Source: Nanobdellota archaeon
GTDB lineage: Archaea; Nanobdellota; Nanobdellia; Pacearchaeales; GW2011-AR1
NCBI GenBank assembly: GCA_021799535.1
Contig: JAJZAH010000002.1
Coordinates: forward strand, 80,950-144,949
Direction: 5' to 3'
DNA length: 64,000 nucleotides
Part shown: positions 38,170 through 46,928 of the stretch, piece by piece
How the letters are laid out: every line of letters begins with the position of its first letter
Position numbering within the stretch: the first letter of the stretch is position 1
Position numbers and translations under genes: made by a program
The notes under the pieces: generated by a model
What the model saw: only the letters and a program-made list of their open reading frames with translations
Databases searched by the model: none
What the model was told of the DNA's origin: nothing

Positions 38170-39036
38170 TTAAGTTTTAATCTTTCCAAGCTGCCAGTCT
38201 TTAAGGATTTCTCTTGATGTCTGATCTATATTGACAATTCCGCCTTTAGATAGTATTTTCTTCATGTGTCCAACTTTTTCTATAAGCTCATCGGAGTCCT
38301 CAACCTCGACATTATAATATTTTTTTACCTGTTCACTGTATTTCTTGAATATTTCATTTATGACAATTTCCGGCTCTCTCACCTGAGTGTAGCTTTTGCC
38401 TCCGAATATTGTGCTCTCTGATATCTTCCTTCTGTCAGTTGTTGAGTATTGGTCTTCGGGTATCACCCCTGGAGAATCTATGAGGACTATGTCTGAAGTG
38501 AGCTTTATCTTCTGGACATTCTTTGTAAAGCCTGCGATTGGTCCGACTCCAGCGGCCCCCCTCCTCGCAAGAAGGTTCAGAAGTGAGCTTTTTCCTGTGT
38601 TTGGATAGCCTATAGCGCCAACCTTTATTCTGTTATCGTTCCCGTTTATGATTTTGTCTTTTTTTATCTCTCTTTTTTCTGGGTTTTCTACCTTTTTAGC
38701 CACAATGCGTATAAGGTTTCTCAAATCTTTTATCCCGCTCTTGTTGGTGCATGAGATTAAGGCGTAGGGGTAAAGAGTCCCTTTTATTTCATTTATCTCT
38801 TTATCCTTAACAAGATCTGATTTATTTAGGACATATATTATTTTTTTCCCCTGCTTCTCTATTTCTTCTTCTAGCTTCCTGTTTCTTGTCTCTTCAGGAA
38901 ACCGGGCATCCATGACTTCAAGTATTATATCTGAGGTATCAACTATCCTTTTGGCCACTTCTGGGTATTTCACCCTTTGGCGTCTCATGTTTTCAATGTG
39001 GCCAGTCCTACGAGAGGAGAATATATACCTTTTCAT
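38170..39036 (-). CDS. Circularly permuted ribosome-biogenesis GTPase (RbgA/YlqF-Nog2 family)
   Basis: DAR.P..TRN, NKSDL, GYPNTGKSS, GFTK, DSPGV. Confidence 0.92.
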   Translation of the reverse strand: MKRYIFSSRRTGHIENMRRQRVKYPEVAKRIVDTSDIILEVMDARFPEETRNRKLEEEIEKQGKKIIYVLNKSDLVKDKEINEIKGTLYPYALISCTNKSGIKDLRNLIRIVAKKVENPEKREIKKDKIINGNDNRIKVGAIGYPNTGKSSLLNLLARRGAAGVGPIAGFTKNVQKIKLTSDIVLIDSPGVIPEDQYSTTDRRKISESTIFGGKSYTQVREPEIVINEIFKKYSEQVKKYYNVEVEDSDELIEKVGHMKKILSKGGIVNIDQTSREILKDWQLGKIKT

Positions 39037-39131
39037 CCACTCTGGACTGTTTTTAAATTTAATAGTTTTTGGGTTATTGTAGAATCAGGCTGCAAATGTT
39101 TATATACGGAGTCATTTCCTTTTCTATCAGA

Positions 39132-40271
39132 ATGGACAGAAAGCATTATATCTTTAGTTTGAAAGCGAAAAATTCCGGTGCTTTTGAGCATGGATGGAAC
39201 CTTGCGAAAAATCTGGCTCTCAAAGGGGTTGATGTAAGCTATTATAACCACTGGTGGGATTCTCCCATTTCTGAAGTGAATCTTGAGACTGGCGAAACGA
39301 GGCCATTGGACTGCTCGAAACTATCCGGGAAAGAGGGAGTATTTCATTTGCAGACCCACACGTGGCAGTATGATGGGTTGCTTGAGAGAATAATCACAAA
39401 CAAAAACCAGAAGTTGATATACAACCTCCATGCGATAATCCCTTATTTTTACATGGGAGAAAAGCAGAAAAAAGATTTTTTGGATGGGAAATTAGATTAT
39501 CAGCGTATAAAAGAAGGAATTGAGGGTAAGATGTCAGGCAGAGAAAAAGCCCAGCTTGAGCTTTTCAGTAAGGTTGATTATCTTTTTGCCATTTCCAAGA
39601 ATCATAAGAAAGTCCTGGATCTTATGGGAGTCAGGACTCCGACTTATGTTTTTGAGAATCTTTCCGACCTGAGTTCAGCGGATGAAGAGACTTTTTTAAA
39701 GGCATCGGCGCTTTCAGGCGCTTTCAGGGAGAAGATCGGGGCCGAGAATGTACTCCTTTACTGCGGCAGAGTCGAAAAATCCAAAGGATCTTTTGGTCTT
39801 TTTGATTCTTTCAGGAAAGTAAGATCCGAATTTCCTTCATCAAAGCTGATCCTTCTCGGGACTGGGGAAGACAGAGCCAAAAAGCTTCTTTCTTTGGGAC
39901 TTGGAGGGGATTTGATCGGAGACATTGAATTTGTCCCATGGGAGGATAAAAATACGGTTTTAGGTAAGATAAATTTTCTCAAGTATTACCTGTCTGCTGA
40001 TGTCCTTGTACAGCCTGTGATAACTGATGAGCTTTATTCAAAGACCGTGATTGATGCGATGAGTGTTGGAATACCTGCAATAACCTGTAAAAGTCCTTAT
40101 ACGATAGGAAGTTCCGCAAGCGCAGATGATATCTTCAAGTCTTTCGTTTTTATGAAGGAAAACCCATGTGAAGTGCACAGGATCACGAAGCTTGCCAAGG
40201 ATAAAGTCATGAAAGAGAATACATGGGACTCTTATATCTCGAGGCTGTCTGGGATACTTAGGGGAGATTAA
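39132..40271 (+). CDS. GT4 family glycosyltransferase
   Basis: LLYCGRVEKSKG, ADVLVQP, IDAMSVGIP, TWD. Confidence 0.8.
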   Translation: MDRKHYIFSLKAKNSGAFEHGWNLAKNLALKGVDVSYYNHWWDSPISEVNLETGETRPLDCSKLSGKEGVFHLQTHTWQYDGLLERIITNKNQKLIYNLHAIIPYFYMGEKQKKDFLDGKLDYQRIKEGIEGKMSGREKAQLELFSKVDYLFAISKNHKKVLDLMGVRTPTYVFENLSDLSSADEETFLKASALSGAFREKIGAENVLLYCGRVEKSKGSFGLFDSFRKVRSEFPSSKLILLGTGEDRAKKLLSLGLGGDLIGDIEFVPWEDKNTVLGKINFLKYYLSADVLVQPVITDELYSKTVIDAMSVGIPAITCKSPYTIGSSASADDIFKSFVFMKENPCEVHRITKLAKDKVMKENTWDSYISRLSGILRGD

Positions 40272-40322
40272 TTCGCAAAAAAGTTAAATTTTAATACTCT
40301 CAAATTTTCCACATTCATATGC

Positions 40323-40395
40323 AGCCCTGTAGTACAGCGGTCAAGTATTCAAGCCTCTGGAGCTTGTGACCCAGGTTCGAATCCTGGCAGGGCTA
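40323..40395 (+). tRNA. tRNA-Gln(CTG)
   Basis: AGCCCTG/CAGGGCT; CAAGC-CT-CTG-GA-GCTTG; CCAGG-TTCGAAT-CCTGG. Confidence 0.95.
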
Positions 40396-40475
40396 TCTCT
40401 TTTGTCTTTTTAAGAAGTTTTATATATTTACATGTTATTGGTTTTATGGTTTGGGCTTTGTTGGGATATTATTCA

Positions 40476-41027
40476 ATGGCAAAAGCGAAAAAATTAAAAA
40501 CGACCGGGACAAAGAAAAAAGAGGCAATGAAAACCCATGAGGTTTTTCTTGAAGTGAAAAAGCTATCTGATGATGCGTCTGTTCCGGAGTATATGCTCAA
40601 CACGGATTTGGGGTTGGATTTAAAAGCCAACGAGAGTCTTTCTTTTCTGCCCATGGAGCAAAAAGCCGTGAAGACAGGAGTTGTTGTGAAAATCCCCGAA
40701 GAGCATGTAGGACTGATAAGGGACAGAGCTGGAATAGTCAGTGGCATGAATATCCACACCGTCGCGGGCACTTTTGATCCGGCTTATAGGGGTGAAGTCT
40801 CGGTAGTTCTTGTGAATTTCAGTGATGATGAAGTTGAGATTGAAAAAGGAATGAGGATTGCGCAGATGATAATTCTACCTGTTACAAAAGTGAAAGTCAA
40901 GATCGTCGATTCCTTATCAGATACCGAAAGAGGTTCAAGAGGCTTCGGATCTACCGGAATGAAAGAAAAGCTGGATAATTTTAAGAAGCTGGATAAAGAC
41001 TTGAACAAGTTTAAAAGATCTCACTAA
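40476..41027 (+). CDS. dut: Trimeric dUTPase
   Basis: GLDL, DRAG, GTFDPAYRGE, RIAQMI, TERGSRGFGSTG. Confidence 0.93.
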   Translation: MAKAKKLKTTGTKKKEAMKTHEVFLEVKKLSDDASVPEYMLNTDLGLDLKANESLSFLPMEQKAVKTGVVVKIPEEHVGLIRDRAGIVSGMNIHTVAGTFDPAYRGEVSVVLVNFSDDEVEIEKGMRIAQMIILPVTKVKVKIVDSLSDTERGSRGFGSTGMKEKLDNFKKLDKDLNKFKRSH

Positions 41028-41107
41028 TATCCTGGTTACGAGATACGGATGATAATTTTGGACATATAGTTGGCAAGGTTTAAATATAAAAAAGGGTCTT
41101 TTTGGAA

Positions 41108-41686
41108 ATGGTTGGTGAAAAAATCTCCCAGAAAATACAAGAAACACTTATTCAGGTCGGGCTGAGGGTAGCTAAGAGAGGAGAGGGCGCCCTTTTCGTT
41201 GTCGGGAAGACTGAATATAAGCCTCTTGTTGACCAGACTGTACCGCCCTTTAACATCACCGAAAATCCGAAGCTTTTGGAATCTCTTGCATTGATGGATG
41301 GGGCAGTCATAATAAACTTAAATGGCCTTATGGAAGCTTATGGCGTCAGAATTAAATCCGAGAGGATTCTGAAAAACTTTGGTACCCGTCACAGTGCAGC
41401 TCTTAGTGCTGCCAAAGGAGATAACCTTGTTGTCGTTATTTCTGAAGAGGACAAGAAAATAAGGATTTTAAAAAAGGGCAAGATGGTCATGCAGCTTGAT
41501 GCTTTACAAAAAGGCGTTGAAAAAAATGTTCCCCGGGCAGTCAATGTGCTTGAATCTCTTGGTGCAGGGGCTGTTGGCGTCATTGGGACGAGCCTTCTTC
41601 TTCCGGCGGCAGGAGTCGCTTTTCTTCCCGGAATAATCGCTTTTGGATCGGCTTATTATCTTATAAGGCGTCTATTCAAGAAATAG
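41108..41686 (+). CDS. Diadenylate cyclase (DAC/DisA_N domain) with hydrophobic C-terminal tail
   Basis: GALFVVG, MDGAVII (DGA), FGTRHSAA, VISEED. Confidence 0.85.
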   Translation: MVGEKISQKIQETLIQVGLRVAKRGEGALFVVGKTEYKPLVDQTVPPFNITENPKLLESLALMDGAVIINLNGLMEAYGVRIKSERILKNFGTRHSAALSAAKGDNLVVVISEEDKKIRILKKGKMVMQLDALQKGVEKNVPRAVNVLESLGAGAVGVIGTSLLLPAAGVAFLPGIIAFGSAYYLIRRLFKK

Positions 41687-41688
41687 AG

Positions 41689-41835
41689 TCACAATTTCAC
41701 TTTCGCGTCTTTTACTCTTGAGTGCTGGTTAAGTTTGCCTTCCACTAAGCACTTGTAGCAGCAGTGATAAGTTCCATCTTTCTCCTTTACTCTTCCGGTT
41801 CCGTTGCATTCAGGGCACACATCATCGTTTCCCAT
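41689..41835 (-). CDS. Small Cys-rich protein (48 aa)
   Basis: Not in the ORF track: MGNDDVCPECNGTGRVKEKDGTYHCCYKCLVEGKLNQHSRVKDAKVKL*; TATA-like box upstream. Confidence 0.7.
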   Translation of the reverse strand: MGNDDVCPECNGTGRVKEKDGTYHCCYKCLVEGKLNQHSRVKDAKVKL

Positions 41836-42392
41836 ACCTAATTCATGTTTCACTTATATTTAAGCTGATTGCCTGAGAAAAATCTTGGAAAATTAATCTT
41901 TTGTTTGGTTCTTATATGTCTTTTTAGGAGTATTGTACCTAATTGTATACCCCAAAAACGATGAATACAATCCAATTCCGCAAAGTATACAATCAATTAA
42001 GGTAGATATAAGGTAATGCCATATAACATTATTGTAAATTTTTTTGAAAACTATTTCTTTTTTATCCTATCTTTAATACAATCCCTTAATGAGCCAAATA
42101 TCGGGAATATTAAGAAGTATGAAATAAATATTACAGGGTTAAATATGGCTCCGAACAAGATACAATTATTATAATGGTAGTTGCAAGTTGGTGATTAAGG
42201 TTTTAGCAAGTATGCAATTTCCATTGTAATATTTTACCAGTTCTGGTGGGGAAGGTAATCTTATAAAATCGGTCCTTTGCATCTCTAGGCTTTGCACGAT
42301 AACTAATCACTTATTGTGCAGAGCCGATTGGAAACAATATATTTTTAAGCTTGGAGAACCTTGTATTATTTGTTACTAAAAGGAGGTTGAAA

Positions 42393-42563
42393 ATGGCTAA
42401 ATTAACTGCATGGCTTATCACTCTAGTTGGCGTACTTCTTGTTTTGGCTCTTGTTGCTCCGAATGTCTTTTCAGGTGTTTGGTTTAACTGGGTAATTGCT
42501 TTAGTAGTGCTGATTGTGGGTATAGGCAAACTCGTCAGGAACTATTCATATAAGAAGAAATAG
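42393..42563 (+). CDS. Small two-TM membrane protein
   Basis: AGGAGG SD at 42381; MAKLTAWLITLVG..GIGKLVRNY. Confidence 0.75.
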   Translation: MAKLTAWLITLVGVLLVLALVAPNVFSGVWFNWVIALVVLIVGIGKLVRNYSYKKK

Positions 42564-42768
42564 GGTCTTTTCTTTTATTTTCTTCAGTTTTTTTAATAAA
42601 TCTTTTGTAAAATTTTCCGGTTCAGTTCTCATTTATTTAGCAATGTTATCCTTGTTTTTATAAGCTTAATGGGAATGGTTTTTCATGTGGGGCAACCCGA
42701 CACTTCCAATCTCCCAACACACAATTTTTTAAAGACTCAGAGAGTCTAATTTTTGTAAAAAATAAATT

Positions 42769-42952
42769 GCCCCGATAGTATAGAGGCCAAGTACGCTGCC
42801 CTCTCAAGGAGGTTTCGTGAGATAAGCCCGATCTTGGTGAAAGTGACGGCTCTGCTTTATGCAACTCGCTGGAACATGTGAACAAACTCGAAAAGCAAAT
42901 TTTTTCGCTTCAGAGAACGGCAGTAACCCGTGTTCGAATCACGGCCGGGGCG
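42769..42952 (+). tRNA. tRNA-Glu(CTC) with 111-nt canonical 37/38 intron (42807-42917)
   Basis: GCCCCGA/CCGGGGC; CTGCC-CT-CTC-A|intron|C-GGCAG; CCGTG-TTCGAAT-CACGG; BHB helix CTCT/AGAG flanked by GGAG/CTTC. Confidence 0.9.
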
Positions 42953-43007
42953 TTTTTCTTTTGGATTCAATAACAATTGTTAAAAAGAGTAATAGATTTT
43001 ATTTTAA

Positions 43008-43580
43008 ATGGGAAACGTCTCCGAAAAAGACAAACATTTTATTAGGGATAAAGCAGATTTTCAAAGGCTGTCGAAGAGAGTAAATCTGACTATAAAACAG
43101 ATAAATCATGTGGACAATGAACTGATGAATCTTGAATGGCAGAATGTTCTCGGAAGATTATCCAATAAGGACTTCTTAAAAAAGTACAATAAGAAGGAAA
43201 AAACGATCTTGAAAAGTGCATTATTCTTCGGGGGGAATTTGGATAGGTTCAGAGAATTGTACACTTATGCTTTAGATGACAAAGATTACGTAAAATCTGA
43301 GGTGATCCATGAAAAGAAGCATGCGAATTTTTTGAAGAAAAAAAGAATTCCTTTCAAATTTGGAATAAGGCTATATAGAGATTCCGGGCTGATGGTCCAA
43401 CCTCTTGTTTTTTATCCACAAAAATCTCTTCTTAATTTTTTTCCAAGGGAAAGGATAGTTTTCAATATTAGGCTCTCCCTCGCTCCTTTGGATCCGAGCA
43501 AGTCCGATAAAGAATCCGCAAAATTTTGGAAGGAAAAATTGAGAGAATATGATTCCATTAAAAAAGGGGATAATGATTAA
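43008..43580 (+). CDS. Hypothetical protein with HExxH motif
   Basis: VIHEKKHA; metallopeptidase activity is speculative. Confidence 0.55.
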   Translation: MGNVSEKDKHFIRDKADFQRLSKRVNLTIKQINHVDNELMNLEWQNVLGRLSNKDFLKKYNKKEKTILKSALFFGGNLDRFRELYTYALDDKDYVKSEVIHEKKHANFLKKKRIPFKFGIRLYRDSGLMVQPLVFYPQKSLLNFFPRERIVFNIRLSLAPLDPSKSDKESAKFWKEKLREYDSIKKGDND

Positions 43581-44358
43581 TATGGAATTCAAAAAAATAA
43601 TAATTCTCTTAAAAAAAGGATGCGAGATAGATTCCGCGACGATTGACAAAATATTCCATATGTCTAATGGGGCACAGATAAAAATCCTCGCTTTTGACGA
43701 GACGAGAAAAGAGGAATTCGACGGCTTTGATCTTGTCATAACTATCGGCGGAGACGGGACGTTTGTGAAGGCCGGTAACCTGATAGAAGGTGCTTTTATA
43801 ATTGGGATAAATTCAAAGCCGGACAAAAGCGAAGGTGCTCTAACTGAAATGACAATTAAGGAGATTGACAAATTAAAAGAGGTTTTTGATGGAAGTTTTG
43901 AAATTTTCAAGAGGCAAAGAGCGAAAGTGAAACTCAACGGAAGAGTCCTTGACGAGCATGCACTTAATGAAGTATATGTCGGTGCTATTTCGCAGTTTCA
44001 CAGCTCCAGATATGTGATAAAATTCAGGGGGCATGAAGAAGAGCACAGAAGTTCCGGCGTCATTATATCAACAGGAACAGGTTCTCCCGCATGGTTCTAT
44101 TCAGCGGGGGGTGAAGTTTTTCACCATGGTGAAGAGAAGCTTTCTTTTGTCGTGAGAGAGCCATATTACGGGAAAAGGGTTTTCGTCCCGAAGATAATAA
44201 GGGGAGACATAAAAAAAGGCGAGAAACTCATCATAGAATCAAAAAGGGATTCAGGCGGAATAATCGCGATAAATAATTCTGTATACGATTTCAATAACGG
44301 TGATATCGCTGAGATTGGGCTCTCGGACAAGCCTTTGAAAGTGATAAAACTGAAATGA
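43573..44358 (+). CDS. NAD kinase
   Basis: IGGDGTF, ALNEV, STGTGSPAW. Confidence 0.9.
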   Translation: MINMEFKKIIILLKKGCEIDSATIDKIFHMSNGAQIKILAFDETRKEEFDGFDLVITIGGDGTFVKAGNLIEGAFIIGINSKPDKSEGALTEMTIKEIDKLKEVFDGSFEIFKRQRAKVKLNGRVLDEHALNEVYVGAISQFHSSRYVIKFRGHEEEHRSSGVIISTGTGSPAWFYSAGGEVFHHGEEKLSFVVREPYYGKRVFVPKIIRGDIKKGEKLIIESKRDSGGIIAINNSVYDFNNGDIAEIGLSDKPLKVIKLK

Positions 44359-44425
44359 GCTCCTTTGGATGCATGGCTTAATCATACAACATAGGTATTT
44401 AAACGACTCCTGCATATGAAAAAGC

Positions 44426-45238
44426 ATGGTGGAAAATCAGAACCTATTTGACGATTTTTTTGGGATGGGGTTCGGAAAGGCTTTCAAAGACATTTTTGGA
44501 GAAGGGAACCCGTTATGCGATCCTGATCCGAGAAGATCGGGGCTCATGGAGACTTTTGTTCGGGAAGTCGAAAAAGGTGACAGAGTCTTTCTTGAAGAAG
44601 CTGTCATCAGGTATCAGGCGGAAGTAAACGAGAGGATCTTTGATATCCCCCTTGTTAATGCTTATGTGAAAGCTTCGGTATTCGTCGAGAATCTTCCGGC
44701 AGGATATGATTCTCTTAACAGGATAAAAGATCCAAGTCCGAACCATAGGCAGGCGATGGCCATATTAGCTTACGAAATGGGGAAACCTCATGAAGTTCTC
44801 AGGCATCTGAAAGGCATAGAAGAAAAAGTCACCTCGGCTAGGATAATTTATTCACTGTCTTCATACATCGAAGGGGATTCAAGCCCAAGCTATCACAGCG
44901 AGATACTTGGGTCGCTTCTGGAGAGTTCAGACCTTGCCAACGCGATTATTGGGATTATTTACTTCAATTCGGGGGACATGCAGAAGGCTGAGGAGTTTTT
45001 TGAAAAAGCAACAAGGCTTTCTCCTAAGTTTGAGATGCATCAGCTAAACCTCATGAGAGCGAAAGTGAGGAATGGGAAAGTTTCTGAGGTGTACTCAGGC
45101 ATGAATAATTTTTACGTGGAGACAGGTTCAAGATTGTCGGCCGACGAGATGATGGAAGAACTCAAAAAAGACAGTCTTCAAGTTCCATCACTCAGGATGA
45201 GGAATCTTTTTGAGGTCGTAAAAAATCTTATGGACTGA
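44426..45238 (+). CDS. TPR-containing hypothetical protein
   Basis: GIIYFNSGDMQKAEEFFEKATRLSP TPR-like repeat. Confidence 0.7.
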   Translation: MVENQNLFDDFFGMGFGKAFKDIFGEGNPLCDPDPRRSGLMETFVREVEKGDRVFLEEAVIRYQAEVNERIFDIPLVNAYVKASVFVENLPAGYDSLNRIKDPSPNHRQAMAILAYEMGKPHEVLRHLKGIEEKVTSARIIYSLSSYIEGDSSPSYHSEILGSLLESSDLANAIIGIIYFNSGDMQKAEEFFEKATRLSPKFEMHQLNLMRAKVRNGKVSEVYSGMNNFYVETGSRLSADEMMEELKKDSLQVPSLRMRNLFEVVKNLMD

Positions 45239-45274
45239 AGAAATCCATAAAAAGACTTTTTCCTTTCAGAGTGC

Positions 45275-45934
45275 ATGCCTTACAAACTTTCACCCAGTTC
45301 CTTGAGTCTTATGGGAGAATGCCCGAGATGTTTCTGGCTCTCGTAGCATAAAATTTGGAAAAGGCCTGAAGGTATTTTCCCGTCTCTCCCTTCAGGGATG
45401 GACAGAATATTGAAAATACATTTTGACAAATTCAGGGACAGGGGAGAGCTTCCGCCGGAGTTAAAAGAGAACAGCGAATGCAAAGGCATGATCCTGTTCA
45501 ATGATGCGGATAAAATGAAGATATGGAGAGACAATCTCAAGGGAATAAGCTACGAAGATGATAAAGGGAACATTCTTCACGGGGCAGTCGATAATATCCT
45601 TAGAAGAGGAAATAAATTAATCGTCCTTGATTACAAAACAAGGGGATTCGAGTTGAAGGAGGACACCCATGAGCATTATCAGGGTCAGCTTAACATTTAC
45701 AATTTTCTCCTGAGAAAGAACGGGTACGAGACTGAAGATTTCTCTTTTTTACTGTTTTATATCCCTAAAGAAGTAACCGAGACGGGAGAGGTCATATTTA
45801 ACACGACACTGAAAAGAATGAATGTGAGCGCCACAAATGCCGAGAGGCTGTGGAAGGATGCTTTGGAGCTTCTTGGGGAAGATTGCCCAAAAGAGAGATG
45901 CGACTGGTGCAGATGGGTTGAAAATATTTTTTGA
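45275..45934 (+). pseudogene. PD-(D/E)XK (Cas4/RecB-like) nuclease with in-frame TAG at codon 24
   Basis: MPYKLSPSSLSLMGECPRCFWLS*HKIWKRPEGIFPSLPSGMDR.., GAVD..VLDYKT, QLNIY, C-terminal C..CDWC; TAG at 45344-45346. Confidence 0.8.
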
Positions 45935-46000
45935 TTGTGTTCTGCTTGAAATTTTTTGCGCAAAGTGAAGTTTTATAAAAGATTTAGATTTAAGAATTGT

Positions 46001-46673
46001 ATGAAAATACCGGGTATATTGGGGAGTCTCGGACCTGAGACTACAGCGAGAATTTACTTAGCCCTGGCTTTAAACAAAGATGCCGGGGAGTATCCCTGGA
46101 TTAATAATCTCTAATGTTTCTTTTCCAAAAATTCTCGAGGAAGAGATATCTTCCAATAAGGAAAGTCCGGCTCTCATGATTCCTTATCTTTATGAATCTA
46201 TAAAGAGACTTGAGGATGCCGGAATTGATTTCATTGTTCTCCCGTGTAATACTTTGCATTCAATCCTTCCAGAGCTAAGAGAAAGGTCAAGTAAGAAGTT
46301 TGTAGACTTGATAGAAGTGGTTTCCGATAAAGTGAAAAAACTTGGGATAAAAAAGGTAGGTATACTCGGAACTACAAAGACAAGAAGCGAGAAACTTTAT
46401 GATACTGCCTTAGGCGAAGTTGAAACATTGTATCCTTCTCATATCGAGCAGGAAAGGCTCTCCGGGATAATAATAAAGATAATAAGGTGTGAAAGCACGA
46501 AAGCTGATAAAAAATTCATTGACAATCTTGTTAACGGACTTTTAAGACGAGGGGCAGAAAAAGTGATCCTTGCATGTACAGACCTTGCAAATATAGCGGG
46601 TGAGAATGAATGCATAATAGATTCGACAGAAACATTGATAGATTTTATAAAAAAAGAGATGAATAAAGATTGA
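46001..46673 (+). pseudogene. Aspartate/glutamate racemase family protein, frameshifted
   Basis: N-terminus MKIPGILGSLGPETTA is in one frame; LPCNTLH, VGILGT and ILACTDL are in another; shift near 46094-46097 (TATCCCTGGA). Confidence 0.8.
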
Positions 46674-46745
46674 TGTCTATCTTTTCAGGTTCTTATAGAT
46701 ATCAGAAATTATCTTTTTACAGAAAATGAATTAACAGTAAATGTC

Positions 46746-46910
46746 ATGAAAAACGTTATGAAATATGCGTGGGCGGATGCTCTTGAGGCTGCGGCTTATG
46801 TTGTGGCTGTAGCTGTTTTCATGTACTTTTTGGGAAAGTCTTTCTCTGCGGCTCCTGTATCTTCATCTGTCATCGCATTTCTTTTGCTTGTCATTATTGA
46901 GGGCTGGTAA
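46746..46910 (+). CDS. Short hydrophobic ORF, possibly a truncated membrane protein
   Basis: MKNVMKYAWADALEAAAYVVAVAVFMYFLG..LLVIIEGW*. Confidence 0.45.
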   Translation: MKNVMKYAWADALEAAAYVVAVAVFMYFLGKSFSAAPVSSSVIAFLLLVIIEGW

Positions 46911-46928
46911 GAAACGCTCCGTTTAATT

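Noticed and set aside
41890..42300. Degraded membrane or glycosyltransferase gene on the minus strand
   Set aside because: Only short hydrophobic frame pieces with several stops; no motif supports a call
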